DNA of 64,000 nucleotides, from assembly GCA_965198175.1 (NCBI GenBank), contig OZ240245.1:2752001-2816000 (forward strand), written 5' to 3'. The notes beneath the pieces are model-generated. The model made no database searches. It had not been told where the DNA came from and was given only the letters and a program-made list of their open reading frames with translations. Positions 10,056-20,685 of this stretch are shown here, piece by piece. The first letter of the stretch is position 1; the number at the start of each line of letters is the position of its first letter. The translations under genes were made by a program, and so were the position numbers. This stretch comes from Candidatus Poribacteria bacterium (GTDB taxonomy: Bacteria; Poribacteria; WGA-4E; PCPOR2b).

Positions 10056-12035
10056 TCACTGAGGCAATTGCGGGTGCCACCCCATGTGATAAGTTGTAAT
10101 CTTGAACACTGCGCTGATGACACTCCAAATGCCGCCCATAGCGTAGTCACCCACTATCAAGCCCGCAAAAAACGGGATGGCTCTGCGATACGCCTTCAAC
10201 CCACCATACCGGAGGATAGCGAACTTGATCGCCCAACTAATCAGCAGTGGACACCAAATATAGACCATCTCCCCCGGACTTATCGCAAGCACATAACCTA
10301 CCGGATGAAACGGCCACCACAGAAACCGCATCTTCATAGCTAACAGAAAGCCGGTGACACCAAAACCAAACCCCATGAAGCCCATCGTCACGTAATCTTG
10401 CCCCGTTGGATAACTTAGCCACATTTGGAGACGTCGGGCAAAACCTTCCCTTCCTATCCCGACGATCCACGGTCCCGTGTTATCAGCACCCAGATTATAC
10501 AAAAGGCTGAGGTATATCAGAAAGCTCAGCGGTATGCCAACGGCAAGGGTGACAAGCATCACCCATAAGAGCCGCCGATTATTGATGTTGGCTTGTTCGC
10601 CAATCCGAAAAGCTTCGAGCTGATTCGGCATCGGATGATTGGGCTGATCTCGATTCAGCCAATAAAAGAACGTCAGAACCGTCAAGTTTCGTGCCCCATA
10701 CGCCCGCGGTCCAATTGCTGTCACCATCGTCCGTCCGGGATCTAGTTGTAGTATCTCATGAAAACCCAGTCCAAGGCCAGCCCTCACTTTGGTCACACCA
10801 ATAGCGCTGCAAAAGTATATCGCAAAGAACAGCAGCAGAACCCAAACGGAAAAACCGGCTTTATAAGCAAACCAGAGAAGAAACAGCAGACCGGCCGCGA
10901 TGCCCCAAAAAGCGGTCCGATAACGCATCGGCTCTTGGGCGTCATCTATCCCTCTCTTTCCCGTTACAGCTTGGCTGAAGACCTGCTTGAGATGTCTGCG
11001 TCCGACCCACAACGCCAAAAACCCCAATCCGATCCACGCACCTTGTGCCTGTTCATGGAAATAGAGATCGCGCCAGCCCATCATGCCCATCAACATTCGC
11101 ATCATTTTTTGCAAGAGATAGAAGAACCAGGCGGAAAAGGCGAGGTCCAGCGGCATGAAATAGGAAAGACCGATGAAAAACAACTGGAAGGAAACCAATG
11201 TCCCGCCCATGTGACTCCAAGGCTTATCTGGGAATTCAATCCGTGTCCACCCGACAGGAATAGAAGGAACGACAGGATAGAAAACATTCAAACCATTGAG
11301 CAGACTCACGCCAGCTGCAATGCCAAATCCTACCCACATTAACCTATTCTTTAAGAAAGCAGATGAGTCCCGTCCCATCTCCAGCGGTAGCCAGGTAATC
11401 GGATACGTAAGTCTTTCATGCTCTGTGAATTGCTTTCGGATAATAGTGTTGATGCAAAAGAGGACAAAGCAAAGGACGAACGTAAAAGCTGACCAATAGA
11501 GCAGCGGGCCAAGCCAAGCTTTGATGTAAGGTTGGGTGAAGAAGGAAGTCTCGCCAAGAAAAAAGCCACTAAGAACATCTTCGTCCTTGACTGTAAACCA
11601 AGGGGGGATATGTCGCCAGAATAAATCCCTCCAGTCATTTTCCGGTGTGGCGAACCAGAAGGGGTGGGATAGCATCGAAATCAACCTGTTAGTTCGCTTT
11701 CCGGAAATGGTCGTCACGATGACGACCATCGCATAGATAACCAACAGGTCAGAGTCCCTGAGCGCAGATCTCGGAAAATATCTCTTCAAAAGGAGGTTGA
11801 AGAGAATCACCACAAACAAGGTAAAAACAGCATTGCTAAAGAGCGACATGTAGTTATGGGACAAGCCCCTTACGAGGTCATTGACAGAAATCCAATAGGC
11901 GTTGACGATAACCAAGATGAGTCCAATGACCAATACTCTCGGGGGAATCCCACTTGCCCGCTCGTTTTCGATCGGGGCGAATTGATTCACGATAATTCCT
12001 CGCTGGTGATTGGTAGTGGTGATTCGCCGAGTCAC
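10056..12035 (-). CDS. Polytopic membrane protein, DUF6785/DUF6784-like putative transporter
   Basis: Many hydrophobic segments. Family-type motifs ERLTYPITWLP, RFLWWPFHPVGY and YGGLKAYRRAIPFFAGLIVG. Alternative GTG start at 11990. Confidence 0.75.
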   Translation of the reverse strand: MTRRITTTNHQRGIIVNQFAPIENERASGIPPRVLVIGLILVIVNAYWISVNDLVRGLSHNYMSLFSNAVFTLFVVILFNLLLKRYFPRSALRDSDLLVIYAMVVIVTTISGKRTNRLISMLSHPFWFATPENDWRDLFWRHIPPWFTVKDEDVLSGFFLGETSFFTQPYIKAWLGPLLYWSAFTFVLCFVLFCINTIIRKQFTEHERLTYPITWLPLEMGRDSSAFLKNRLMWVGFGIAAGVSLLNGLNVFYPVVPSIPVGWTRIEFPDKPWSHMGGTLVSFQLFFIGLSYFMPLDLAFSAWFFYLLQKMMRMLMGMMGWRDLYFHEQAQGAWIGLGFLALWVGRRHLKQVFSQAVTGKRGIDDAQEPMRYRTAFWGIAAGLLFLLWFAYKAGFSVWVLLLFFAIYFCSAIGVTKVRAGLGLGFHEILQLDPGRTMVTAIGPRAYGARNLTVLTFFYWLNRDQPNHPMPNQLEAFRIGEQANINNRRLLWVMLVTLAVGIPLSFLIYLSLLYNLGADNTGPWIVGIGREGFARRLQMWLSYPTGQDYVTMGFMGFGFGVTGFLLAMKMRFLWWPFHPVGYVLAISPGEMVYIWCPLLISWAIKFAILRYGGLKAYRRAIPFFAGLIVGDYAMGGIWSVISAVFKITTYHMGWHPQLPQ

Positions 12036-12182
12036 TCCTTCTCAATAGAGTTCAAGCAATTTGTGCATAGCAGGGAGATAGAAACCTGGAGCAAGAGATC
12101 GCAGATGCTCCGCTGCCCCAATCCTCATGTGTCTTGTCAATTTTCCTCTGTCTGGGTGCTTATTTCTCAAGATGGTGAGCGA

Positions 12183-12935
12183 TTATGAATTTTCATAAAG
12201 GCCAGCGCGGCTTTTACCGAGACGTCCGGGGCACAATGCCCGCATTTCGGGGGGCATTCGCTCGTAAGTCTCGGGCCAGATGGGTTGGTGACCGTCCACC
12301 ATCCAGTTATTAAACCAGCGCGGGTAGTAGCCCATGTTCAGTCCAACGCGAATCTGATTGGTTTGATTGGCGCGCGCAGTATGATAAAGCCCCGAATGCC
12401 ACATCAAGACGGAACCCGCCCGACCCGTCGCCGGTTTCACCTGCGGATGGTCCGGTCCCATCCCTTCCGGTGGTCCATTTCGGCGTGAGAAATGGCTCAT
12501 CGGCACCACACCTGTGGCGCCGTTCTCGACTGTGAAGTCGGTGAGCATCCAAATCGTGTTAATCAACCACGGAACATTCGGGACTTCAAGGAAAAAGCCG
12601 GCAGAATCCACATGAAGGGATTGGTCCGGAGCGCCGGGATAGGTCACCTTTGAGCAACCTCCGGAAACGATGCGGATGCGTTCACCCAGGAAATATCGAG
12701 CGACTGCCAGCACATCCGGGTGTGTCGCACACGTCCATGCTGTGTCATCGAGATTTAGTATTCCAAACACCGTTTGGTAGTGGCTGTGACCGGAATTTAA
12801 CGATCTGTCTGCCGGGTCGACGTGCAGTTCCAAATATTTCTTTGCCATGCGTTCGGCTTGCTCTGCGGGAATGCGGTCTTCAAGCACGCAGTAACCATAG
12901 GTCGCAAGATGATGGATAGCTTCTTCAATGGACAT
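12183..12935 (-). CDS. PhyH-family Fe(II)/2-oxoglutarate dioxygenase
   Basis: LHVD...WMLTDFTVENGAT.VVP.SH...YH. Start at MSIEE after AAGGAGG. Confidence 0.9.
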   Translation of the reverse strand: MSIEEAIHHLATYGYCVLEDRIPAEQAERMAKKYLELHVDPADRSLNSGHSHYQTVFGILNLDDTAWTCATHPDVLAVARYFLGERIRIVSGGCSKVTYPGAPDQSLHVDSAGFFLEVPNVPWLINTIWMLTDFTVENGATGVVPMSHFSRRNGPPEGMGPDHPQVKPATGRAGSVLMWHSGLYHTARANQTNQIRVGLNMGYYPRWFNNWMVDGHQPIWPETYERMPPEMRALCPGRLGKSRAGLYENS

Positions 12936-12996
12936 CGGTGACCTCCTTAATCTGACGGTTAATTTGCAGTCTGAAAGATGCTCTGAATTCAACCTT

Positions 12997-13854
12997 TCAG
13001 AGATTTTGTTTCGAGGCGAGGATGCGGTCAATGAAAGACTTGCTGTCAGCAAGCACCTTCCGGCAGTCGCTTTCATAGCCCCAGGCGAAGCCCTCGTACT
13101 CGACCGAGATATAACCGTCATAGCCGTCAGCGGCTATCGCACCCAACAGTCCGTCGAAATCAACCTCCCCTTCCCCCAGTGGCGGGAACTCAAAATCCTC
13201 CGGGTCCCCCTTAGCGTCCTTGGTGTGCACATGCACCACGTGATGGCTCAACGCCTCGTACGCCTTAACTGCAGAATCACCTCTGAGGTGGTAATGGCTC
13301 GGGTCAAATACGATTCTCAGTGCCTCCAACCCCTCACAACTCAGCAGATGCTTCACCCGTCTTACATTGTGCACGAAGCGACCGTAAGGACCTGCCGCTT
13401 CGAAGGCTAGCGTCACCCCCAGTTGGTTAGCCCGGGACAGCAGTGCACGCAGCGCAGCCAGCAGCCACTCCCAATACTGACTCTCCCGTCCATAGAATTT
13501 TTTCGAGCCGCCGCCAGTAATCACGTACGTTGCGCCAAGATCCGCAGCCAACTCCACCGCCTCCATTACGAATTTCAGGTTTGCCTTTCTCGTCTCCGGC
13601 ACACTGTGGATGAGGTTCGTGGTGGCGTTCAATGCCAAGATGGCTACACCGGCTTGCTCGGCATGTTTTCGCACCTGCCGGCGCGTGCTCGCATCCGCCT
13701 CCGGACTCATATGTGGCTGTGGGACCGGCAGGATGGGCCGCCCTTTCTCAAGGCTAATGTCGATCGCCTGATAGCCTTGCGCTGCGAGCACATCAATAGC
13801 CTGCTCCACGCTGAACATGTGTAGCATTCCTGAATCGCAACTTAGACCCTTCAT
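12997..13854 (-). CDS. Sugar phosphate isomerase/epimerase (TIM barrel), paralogue of 7519-8370
   Basis: FDPSH, HVHTKD, ISVEYE. Long near-identical stretches shared with 7519-8370 (EDFEFPPLG, FAWGYESD). Confidence 0.88.
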   Translation of the reverse strand: MKGLSCDSGMLHMFSVEQAIDVLAAQGYQAIDISLEKGRPILPVPQPHMSPEADASTRRQVRKHAEQAGVAILALNATTNLIHSVPETRKANLKFVMEAVELAADLGATYVITGGGSKKFYGRESQYWEWLLAALRALLSRANQLGVTLAFEAAGPYGRFVHNVRRVKHLLSCEGLEALRIVFDPSHYHLRGDSAVKAYEALSHHVVHVHTKDAKGDPEDFEFPPLGEGEVDFDGLLGAIAADGYDGYISVEYEGFAWGYESDCRKVLADSKSFIDRILASKQNL

Positions 13855-13934
13855 CTACAGTGCCTTTTTCGTACGACGTTGCCCACAGCCGCTTGTTTGG
13901 AGCAACTGCGGTTGAGTCCTGTGAGGGAGACTTT

Positions 13935-14762
13935 TCAACGAAGCCCCTCCGCCTTAAGGTTTGCCCATGTTGTGGAAAGCTTATTATGGGGGTGAACCGA
14001 CAGGAAACCACCCAAACCGCCTTGGAAGTGACTGAGAATCTCCTCTTGGTTCAAGGGTCTTTTAACAATGAGGATTTCATCAAGGAGACCGCTGAAGAAA
14101 AACGGGCCTTCTGACCATCCAATGGTGAAGTCGTGGTCGATCGTTTTGGGCATCGGCGTCGGATCCGTGTTATCATCGAACTCTCCAAACGGCTCGCCAT
14201 CCAGGTAATAGGCGTACTTATTACCCACCCTGACGAGGACTACCTGATGCCACTCGTTTAACTTGGTAGCCCACTCGTCAGAGTTAATCCAGGCGCTTCC
14301 GGCTTTACCGCAAAAGCAATTTTTGATATTGATATGCAGGTGCATCGCGCCGCCGGTATACAACCAAATCCACTTGTCTGTACCTCCGGGACCTTCATCA
14401 TGCCCCATCATCGAAAACCCCTTCAACCCCCTGCCGCCCTTCGGTGGGGCTGTTACAAAGTTCAACCATATCGCCATCGTGAAGTCGGTCCGAAACAGGA
14501 TGAGACTGTCATGATTTTTAATCTCCACATGCTGATTGGATCCATTCAGGCTGAGGGCTTTTCCAAACTTGCCTTCTGTCCTTCTAGCACCCGCTTTTAG
14601 AGTGCCGTCGTTTCCATTAGGAGACAGGTCCCTGGCGCCCGCTTCGTCAAATGAAATGGCAAGGACAACGTCTTGGTCAACAGACGCGGCTTCTCTAGAA
14701 GAGAAAGCCAGCGCCAAACCGGCGATACATAGGACAGAAATCACAGTTCTCATTGTTCTCAT
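13935..14762 (-). CDS. Secreted LamG/concanavalin-A-like domain protein
   Basis: Signal-peptide-like N-terminus, EGKFGKALSLNG, WHQVVLV, FSGLLDEI. C-tail SVHPHNKLSTTWANLK. Confidence 0.85.
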   Translation of the reverse strand: MRTMRTVISVLCIAGLALAFSSREAASVDQDVVLAISFDEAGARDLSPNGNDGTLKAGARRTEGKFGKALSLNGSNQHVEIKNHDSLILFRTDFTMAIWLNFVTAPPKGGRGLKGFSMMGHDEGPGGTDKWIWLYTGGAMHLHINIKNCFCGKAGSAWINSDEWATKLNEWHQVVLVRVGNKYAYYLDGEPFGEFDDNTDPTPMPKTIDHDFTIGWSEGPFFFSGLLDEILIVKRPLNQEEILSHFQGGLGGFLSVHPHNKLSTTWANLKAEGLR

Positions 14763-14847
14763 TTTTTTCTCCTTTCCGTTATGGGTGTTTGGTCGGAAGG
14801 ATGACCCAATAAAGTTCAGTAACAGATCTTGCAATCCCCTTTCCAAT

Positions 14848-15687
14848 CTAACCGCGTCTTGGCGGCGCAGACGGAAATCCGTATGGCTTGTAGTTGGCTC
14901 CCCGACTATGACGCAACGGCCACGCTTGGCCGCCTACCCAGTGATACTGCTTTGCTTTCCCACATAACCAGTAGAACATCTGAGCGCTTTGCAGCCGATC
15001 CTGACCGTAGTTCGCTGAGTCGAAGTTAAAATCCGGCTCACGGATCCAATCCCGCTCTGGAGGAACGGTCCGCCAGTAGTTGTACTTCAACATATGACGC
15101 ATCCCTTCCGCAGTAGAAGCAGCGCGACGGTGCCAAATCGAATAGACGGTGACGAAGATAGACCCCGCAGGCGCAGTCGTTTTGAACGCACCGCGGATGC
15201 TGCCGTAGTGTCCTATTTGACGCGCATAAGAAAGATGTGACCCCGGCAGTATCTCGGTCGGCCCCAACTCCGTCGGTGTATTTTGAGGGTAATAGAACAC
15301 CTGCAGGGAAGTCAGTTCAGGACCGAATTTTGAGCTGGCATCGCGATGCCAGCCCTGCGCCGAAGTCGGACACTTGACCCGATGCTGGCTCATGAGAATC
15401 GGCAGGCCGAAGTCCGCCCCGAGCAACGATCGCATTGCACCCGCCGCCTGCGTGTTGAGAATCACAGCCTCAACGAACCAATCTTCTCTGAGGATTTCGG
15501 TCGGTTCGTAATAGGTGTTTTGTTCGAGATACTCCAATGTCCTGCGATTTATCTCGTCCGGAACAACACCCTCCAGCAAGAGAAACCCTTGTCTGCAAAA
15601 CTCCAGGACCTGATTGTCTGTCAGGGTGGGCTTGCAGTCATACGTTTTCTGCTCTATGTTGTACCGTTCTTCATCTGTCAGCTCCAT
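14848..15687 (-). CDS. PhyH-family dioxygenase
   Basis: WHRD...GPTEILPGSH...IWHR. Confidence 0.85.
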   Translation of the reverse strand: MELTDEERYNIEQKTYDCKPTLTDNQVLEFCRQGFLLLEGVVPDEINRRTLEYLEQNTYYEPTEILREDWFVEAVILNTQAAGAMRSLLGADFGLPILMSQHRVKCPTSAQGWHRDASSKFGPELTSLQVFYYPQNTPTELGPTEILPGSHLSYARQIGHYGSIRGAFKTTAPAGSIFVTVYSIWHRRAASTAEGMRHMLKYNYWRTVPPERDWIREPDFNFDSANYGQDRLQSAQMFYWLCGKAKQYHWVGGQAWPLRHSRGANYKPYGFPSAPPRRG

Positions 15688-15908
15688 TACTCGAGTCTCC
15701 TAAAAAATCACGGTTTTTCTGGACATATTACCCTCTTGGTAAGGGGTAAGCTGACCTTGGATAATTTATTAAATTACCTCACACCATGGATAACAAGTAG
15801 ATATAAAAAATCGTTCTGCGGAATCATCACCGCGTTAAGAGATTCTTTACGCTCGCTCAGGATGACGCGCAGCAACCTGTTCTCATCAGTAACGGAACGC
15901 TTGCGTGC

Positions 15909-16733
15909 TCAGACGTAACTAGCGTAAACCCGAATCACCGTTGCCAAATTGAAATGCACAAGTGCTGCCGTTGTCGCTCGACGGAACGCGAAAACCACGC
16001 CGCCCTTTGAACTCACCCGCCTCGGTTTGCCGAAATAGATTTGGCTGAAGCCATGTTTGCGGAGGAGTCGCGGCAATGTCCGGGCCGAGAAATAGTAGAG
16101 ATGGTCACTCGGATGCATGTAAGGCCACGCTGCTTTTTGGAGGCGGCTCTGTAGACTACCACCATTTGGGACTTCGATGACCAGTTTCCCCGTTTTCGGT
16201 TTCAGAAGCCACCGCAATTGCCCGACAAACGCATTCGGTTCCGGGATATGTTCCAAAACGTGGTAGAGGGTAATCGCGTCAAAATACGCTGTCGGAAAAT
16301 TCGCATCAAAAACATCGCCGCAATGCACTCCGAGTTGATGAACACCCCGTGCAAAAGCGACGCCCTGCTTTGATGGGTCAATCCCGTGAGGTTGCCAGTG
16401 CTGGACCTGCGCCAGATGCAGAAACGTGCCGATTCCACATCCGACATCCAGCAATCGTCCTTTTGTCGGAAGTTGCTTATCAAGCTCTGCCAACCGCTCA
16501 GCTACCTGTAACCATTCCATGGGGTCGGCATGGATTCGTTCAATTTTGTCCGACGGATAGTACGTCTCTTCGTAGCTTTCTTCAAGGGTTGTACGACTTA
16601 TCCGCGGGTTCACATACCATAAGCGACAACGCTTGCATTCAACAACCGATAGCGAATCTTTATTAAAAAGGAGTGCACTCTCATCGCGCTCACAAATCGG
16701 GCAGTTGATGTGCTCCAGGTTATCTGTCTTCAT
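15909..16733 (-). CDS. Class I SAM-dependent methyltransferase with N-terminal Zn ribbon
   Basis: CPIC...CKRC, LLDVGCGIG, YHVLEHI, IEVPN. Confidence 0.9.
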   Translation of the reverse strand: MKTDNLEHINCPICERDESALLFNKDSLSVVECKRCRLWYVNPRISRTTLEESYEETYYPSDKIERIHADPMEWLQVAERLAELDKQLPTKGRLLDVGCGIGTFLHLAQVQHWQPHGIDPSKQGVAFARGVHQLGVHCGDVFDANFPTAYFDAITLYHVLEHIPEPNAFVGQLRWLLKPKTGKLVIEVPNGGSLQSRLQKAAWPYMHPSDHLYYFSARTLPRLLRKHGFSQIYFGKPRRVSSKGGVVFAFRRATTAALVHFNLATVIRVYASYV

Positions 16734-16892
16734 TCGCAACTCGTCTCCTGCCCTCAATTGTTACGAGACTACGTTGACATATTTCCAACGGAAGAGATTG
16801 ATCGCATTGTGTGGACAACTGATAATGGAAATTGAGGGCAGGTATGCCATAAGTCGAATCTCACCTCAGACCACACCTGCCTTAAGGAATCA

Positions 16893-17708
16893 TTAGCGGA
16901 ATAGACCGGCTTTGACGTTTGCCCAGATTGCGGTGAGCTTCCCAAGCGGCTCGACAGCCAAGAATCCCTCTATACCTCCGTCAAAGTGGCTACCAAGTTC
17001 CTCCTCGGTCAAAGCCCTTTTGACCATAAGAAACTCATCCAGGACACCGTTGAAGAAAAAGTTGCCTTCAGACCACCCGATTGTCAAGGGTGCAAGTTCG
17101 ACCAAAGAAATCTTCTCATTCGTAGCATCTGACTCTTCGCCAACCTTTTTTCCATCCACATAAAAAGCGTAGTCATGCCCTTCCACGACTACAGCGATTT
17201 GATACCATTGACCCTGATCACCAACAAAAGGCACTTTACCAAACCAGAGGGGGTCATGATCCTCAGAATTGATGTGGAACGTGAGCCCAGGTCTAGCGTT
17301 GTCATCGGGTCTATTGTAGAAGACCCATTTGGGTTTTTCGCCACCGCCCCCATTTTTAGCACAGAAGGCATCGAACTTTACACCTGAGTTTGCGAACTTC
17401 GCCCACATCACAATCGTAACGTTAGAATCAACGATGTCCAAGGCATCACCCTTACTCTCAACAACCACTTTGTCACCATCCCCATCAAAACTCAGCGCCT
17501 TTCTAAACTTTCCTTCTACCAGCTTGACGTCGCCCTCTAGCGTGCCCTTATGTTCAAGAGAAGATATGTCTTCCGCTTCTTCTGAGTCAAATGGCATGGC
17601 AAGGACCACGTCTTCGTCAACTGCCGCTTCTCCAATAACCACTGTGATACCAACCCATCCCGCCATCAGGACAAGGATGAGTGTTAAAGATACAGGTGCT
17701 CTTAACAT
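16893..17708 (-). CDS. Secreted LamG domain protein
   Basis: Signal peptide, EGKFRKALSFDG, FNGVLDEF. C-tail AVEPLGKLTAIWANVK. Start MLRAP after GGAGG. Confidence 0.85.
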   Translation of the reverse strand: MLRAPVSLTLILVLMAGWVGITVVIGEAAVDEDVVLAMPFDSEEAEDISSLEHKGTLEGDVKLVEGKFRKALSFDGDGDKVVVESKGDALDIVDSNVTIVMWAKFANSGVKFDAFCAKNGGGGEKPKWVFYNRPDDNARPGLTFHINSEDHDPLWFGKVPFVGDQGQWYQIAVVVEGHDYAFYVDGKKVGEESDATNEKISLVELAPLTIGWSEGNFFFNGVLDEFLMVKRALTEEELGSHFDGGIEGFLAVEPLGKLTAIWANVKAGLFR

Positions 17709-18054
17709 GGTTACAACCTCCTTTTTTTTCGTCTTCATGGCAATCGCTCCCCTTTTTGTTTGCCGATAAACATGAAAGGATTCCACGTCCATACGAATAG
17801 GATCCGCCCGAAGTCGCAAATCAAAAGTGATAGAATTGATTGAACGATAAGTGAATTGGTTGCTGTTTGAACAGATTCAAAACAACGAAAAATAGCAGTT
17901 AAGTACACTGCTCATGAGCAGGCGATTGGCAGGAAAAAATGGAAGGAAGTTCAGGTAAGTGGCTTACCAACCAAAGCTAGCTGTCATTCACGCCGCCCTT
18001 GGTTTACGTTGATTGGACAATTTCTGAACTAATTTTCTGATTGGAACTGCCGAG

Positions 18055-18083
18055 ATTATAGCACAATTGCGAATAAAAGGCAA
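18055..18083 (-). promoter_or_regulatory. sigma70-like promoter for the leftward cluster
   Basis: Minus strand reads TTGCCT-17 nt-TATAAT with TGn extension. Confidence 0.55.
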
Positions 18084-18107
18084 GCTATTAAGCAATCTGC
18101 TTTTTAC

Positions 18108-18136
18108 TTGAACTTTGTATAGGTATAACATATAAT
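18108..18136 (+). promoter_or_regulatory. sigma70-like promoter for the rightward SDR/Gfo/epimerase genes
   Basis: TTGAAC-17 nt-TATAAT. Confidence 0.55.
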
Positions 18137-18526
18137 TTGGAACTAAATTTAACGATTGATTATGTCATAAAACTGCATATTTTCAAGGTCAAGTTGTTAA
18201 TTATCCGCAGATTTATCCAAGGTCCAAATATAGTAGGGGGCATTCGATCGAAATCGGAAACACGATGCAGGAAACGCAGCAGAACTGATAATGTTAGGAC
18301 TTACGCAGTTCAGTTTGTAGTAGCGCAATTTATTGCGCGTCCGGCAGGTCGTTCACTTCCTTGACCTGACATATTGTTTTATGTAGAAACGGGCAATAAA
18401 GAGGGAACTCTATCGCCTTCGCTATTCGCTCAGTTGATCCCTACTACGAACCTTTGGACGTTCAACTGCGTAACTCCAAAATGTTTTATTTCAATCAGGT
18501 GTGACGTAAGAGATAGGAGGCAAGAC

Positions 18527-19321
18527 GTGGGCTTACTAGCGGGAAAAGTTGCTGTTGTGACAGGCGCCGGACGAGGAGTTGGCAGCGCGGTCGCGGTCGA
18601 ATTGGCTGAGGCGGGAGCGGCAGTTGCACTAGCTGCGCGTACCGTCGACGAAATCGAGAGCGTAGCAGAAGGAATCCGGGCGAGTGGGGGACGCACAATA
18701 GCGGTACCGACTGACGTAACCCGTCAATCAGAGGTTGATACCCTCTTCGCTCAAACTCGTGAAGAACTGGGGGAAGTAGATGTTCTTGTGAACAACGCTG
18801 CCATTATTGGTCCTACCGGCAAACTCTGGGAGACGAATCTAACGGATTGGCATGAAGTTTTTGACATCAACCTATTCAGTATGGTGCGTTGTACATCATC
18901 AGCCCTGCCTTCAATGGTTGAGCGCGGCTATGGCAAGATTATCAACGTCGGATCGACAGCTGGCTGGACGGATTCGTGGGTGCCAGGGAACGCAGAACAG
19001 GCGGCTTATGCAGCGACTAAAGCGGCAATTATGCGCTTCAGCGTCTGTCTAGCTGAACAGGTCAAAGCTGATGGCGTCAATGTGAATTGCGTTGGTGTAA
19101 GCGCGCACACGCGTATGAGTGATGAAGCACGTCTAGCGCTGGCGCGTGTGCGGGGTACTCCCCGACCGCCGACGATGGACGATCTTCCAATCGATCAGCA
19201 AGTGCTGCCAGAGAGAAATGCGCCGCTGTTTGTCTTTTTGGCTTCATCTCTGTCGGATAACATCACCGGACAGTACCTCGAAGCCAATCAGATGCCCCAC
19301 CGTGCAGCAAGACATAACTAG
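18527..19321 (+). CDS. Short-chain dehydrogenase/reductase
   Basis: TGAGRGVG, VNNAA, YAATK. GTG start after AGGAGG. Confidence 0.92.
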   Translation: MGLLAGKVAVVTGAGRGVGSAVAVELAEAGAAVALAARTVDEIESVAEGIRASGGRTIAVPTDVTRQSEVDTLFAQTREELGEVDVLVNNAAIIGPTGKLWETNLTDWHEVFDINLFSMVRCTSSALPSMVERGYGKIINVGSTAGWTDSWVPGNAEQAAYAATKAAIMRFSVCLAEQVKADGVNVNCVGVSAHTRMSDEARLALARVRGTPRPPTMDDLPIDQQVLPERNAPLFVFLASSLSDNITGQYLEANQMPHRAARHN

Positions 19322-19361
19322 CATTCCGAAATATTATCTCAAAATCGTTAAAAGAGGGAAT

Positions 19362-20546
19362 ATGAAACAATCAACCATTCGCGTCGGCTTAGTTGGATCG
19401 GGTTTCATCGCTAAATTCCACAGCTTGGCTTATAACAATCTATCCACAATGTACAACTCTACGATGCCTGCTGTCGAGCAAATCAGACTCTTCGATGTGA
19501 CGAGCGAGCTCGCTACGGCTGGTGCTGCGCGGTTAGGTTGGCAGGGAGCGACCGACGACTGGCGAAATATTACACGCGCCGATGACATCGATCTTGTTGA
19601 TATTGTTGCGCCGAACTACGCGCATGCAGACATCGCCATTGATGCCGCAAGACACGGCAAGCATATATTCTGTGAAAAACCTCTTGCCCACGATGTTGAG
19701 TCAGCACGTCGCATGGTCGAAGCGGTTCGCCAGGGTGGATGTGTTCACCAAGTGGGGTTTGTATACCGCATGTGGCCCGCTGTCGTTTTTGCCAAAGAAC
19801 TCATCGACACCGGCAAAATCGGGCGGATACTTCACTTCCATTCACGATTCCTGCACGATTACGGACTAGATCCTTCCCTCCCGATGAGTTGGCGATTTGA
19901 ATCGCAGAAAGCCGGTGCTGGCAGCATCGGTGATATTGGATCGCACGCAATTGACATCGCTAGATATCTTGTTGGCGACATTGTCCGTGTATTCGCTCGA
20001 TCTCGCACATTTATACAAAAACGTCTAATTCCTCCACCGGGGCTAAGCAGTGCGTTTCGCCGCGGCGACAGTGAAGTCGCGGATTTATCTGAATCTCGCA
20101 CGGTGGATGTGGACGATGCTACTGACATGTTAGTCGAATTTGAAGATGGCACGGTAGGAAACCTTGAGACCAATTGGGCGGCGGCGGGCCACGAGAACGA
20201 ACTCAGCTTCGAGGTGAGCGGAGATCGAGGCGCCATAAAATTTAGTTGGCGTCACGCTAATGAATTATTATTTCATTCGGTGGACGATCCAGAGAATCTG
20301 AATGGTTTTCGCACAGTCATTATCGGACCTATGCATCCAGAAGCAGAACCCTTTGGACCAGTGCCGGGACTTGGCATGGGTTACGGAGATGCATTTTATG
20401 TTGCACTGCGAGAAATGGTTGAATCAATCTCCTGTAGTCGGACGGCAAGTCCAAATTTTCTAGATGGTTTGAGAGCCTGTGAGGTAGTGGACGCGGCGGT
20501 GCGTTCATCTGCTTCTGCAGCGTGGGAGGAGGTCTATCACAATTAA
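19362..20546 (+). CDS. Gfo/Idh/MocA oxidoreductase (inositol dehydrogenase-like)
   Basis: VGSGFIA, CEKPLA, DIGSHAID. Confidence 0.92.
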   Translation: MKQSTIRVGLVGSGFIAKFHSLAYNNLSTMYNSTMPAVEQIRLFDVTSELATAGAARLGWQGATDDWRNITRADDIDLVDIVAPNYAHADIAIDAARHGKHIFCEKPLAHDVESARRMVEAVRQGGCVHQVGFVYRMWPAVVFAKELIDTGKIGRILHFHSRFLHDYGLDPSLPMSWRFESQKAGAGSIGDIGSHAIDIARYLVGDIVRVFARSRTFIQKRLIPPPGLSSAFRRGDSEVADLSESRTVDVDDATDMLVEFEDGTVGNLETNWAAAGHENELSFEVSGDRGAIKFSWRHANELLFHSVDDPENLNGFRTVIIGPMHPEAEPFGPVPGLGMGYGDAFYVALREMVESISCSRTASPNFLDGLRACEVVDAAVRSSASAAWEEVYHN

Positions 20547-20685
20547 GAGGAGTGAAGCATTCTTCTACAAGCTATTATCTGAAGTCGCCCCGATGAGTTG
20601 TTTAGAGTTGAAATTTCAGAGGACAAAACGGCATCTCAACCAATCAATCCCCCTAATCACCATATTCAGAAAGGATGAGTCATAA

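Noticed and set aside
12936..13121. N-terminal extensions in the ORF track (also 18374, 19146, 14846, 17819, 9748)
   Set aside because: They overlap neighbours or lack an RBS. Downstream starts have clear Shine-Dalgarno sequences or match family N-termini.
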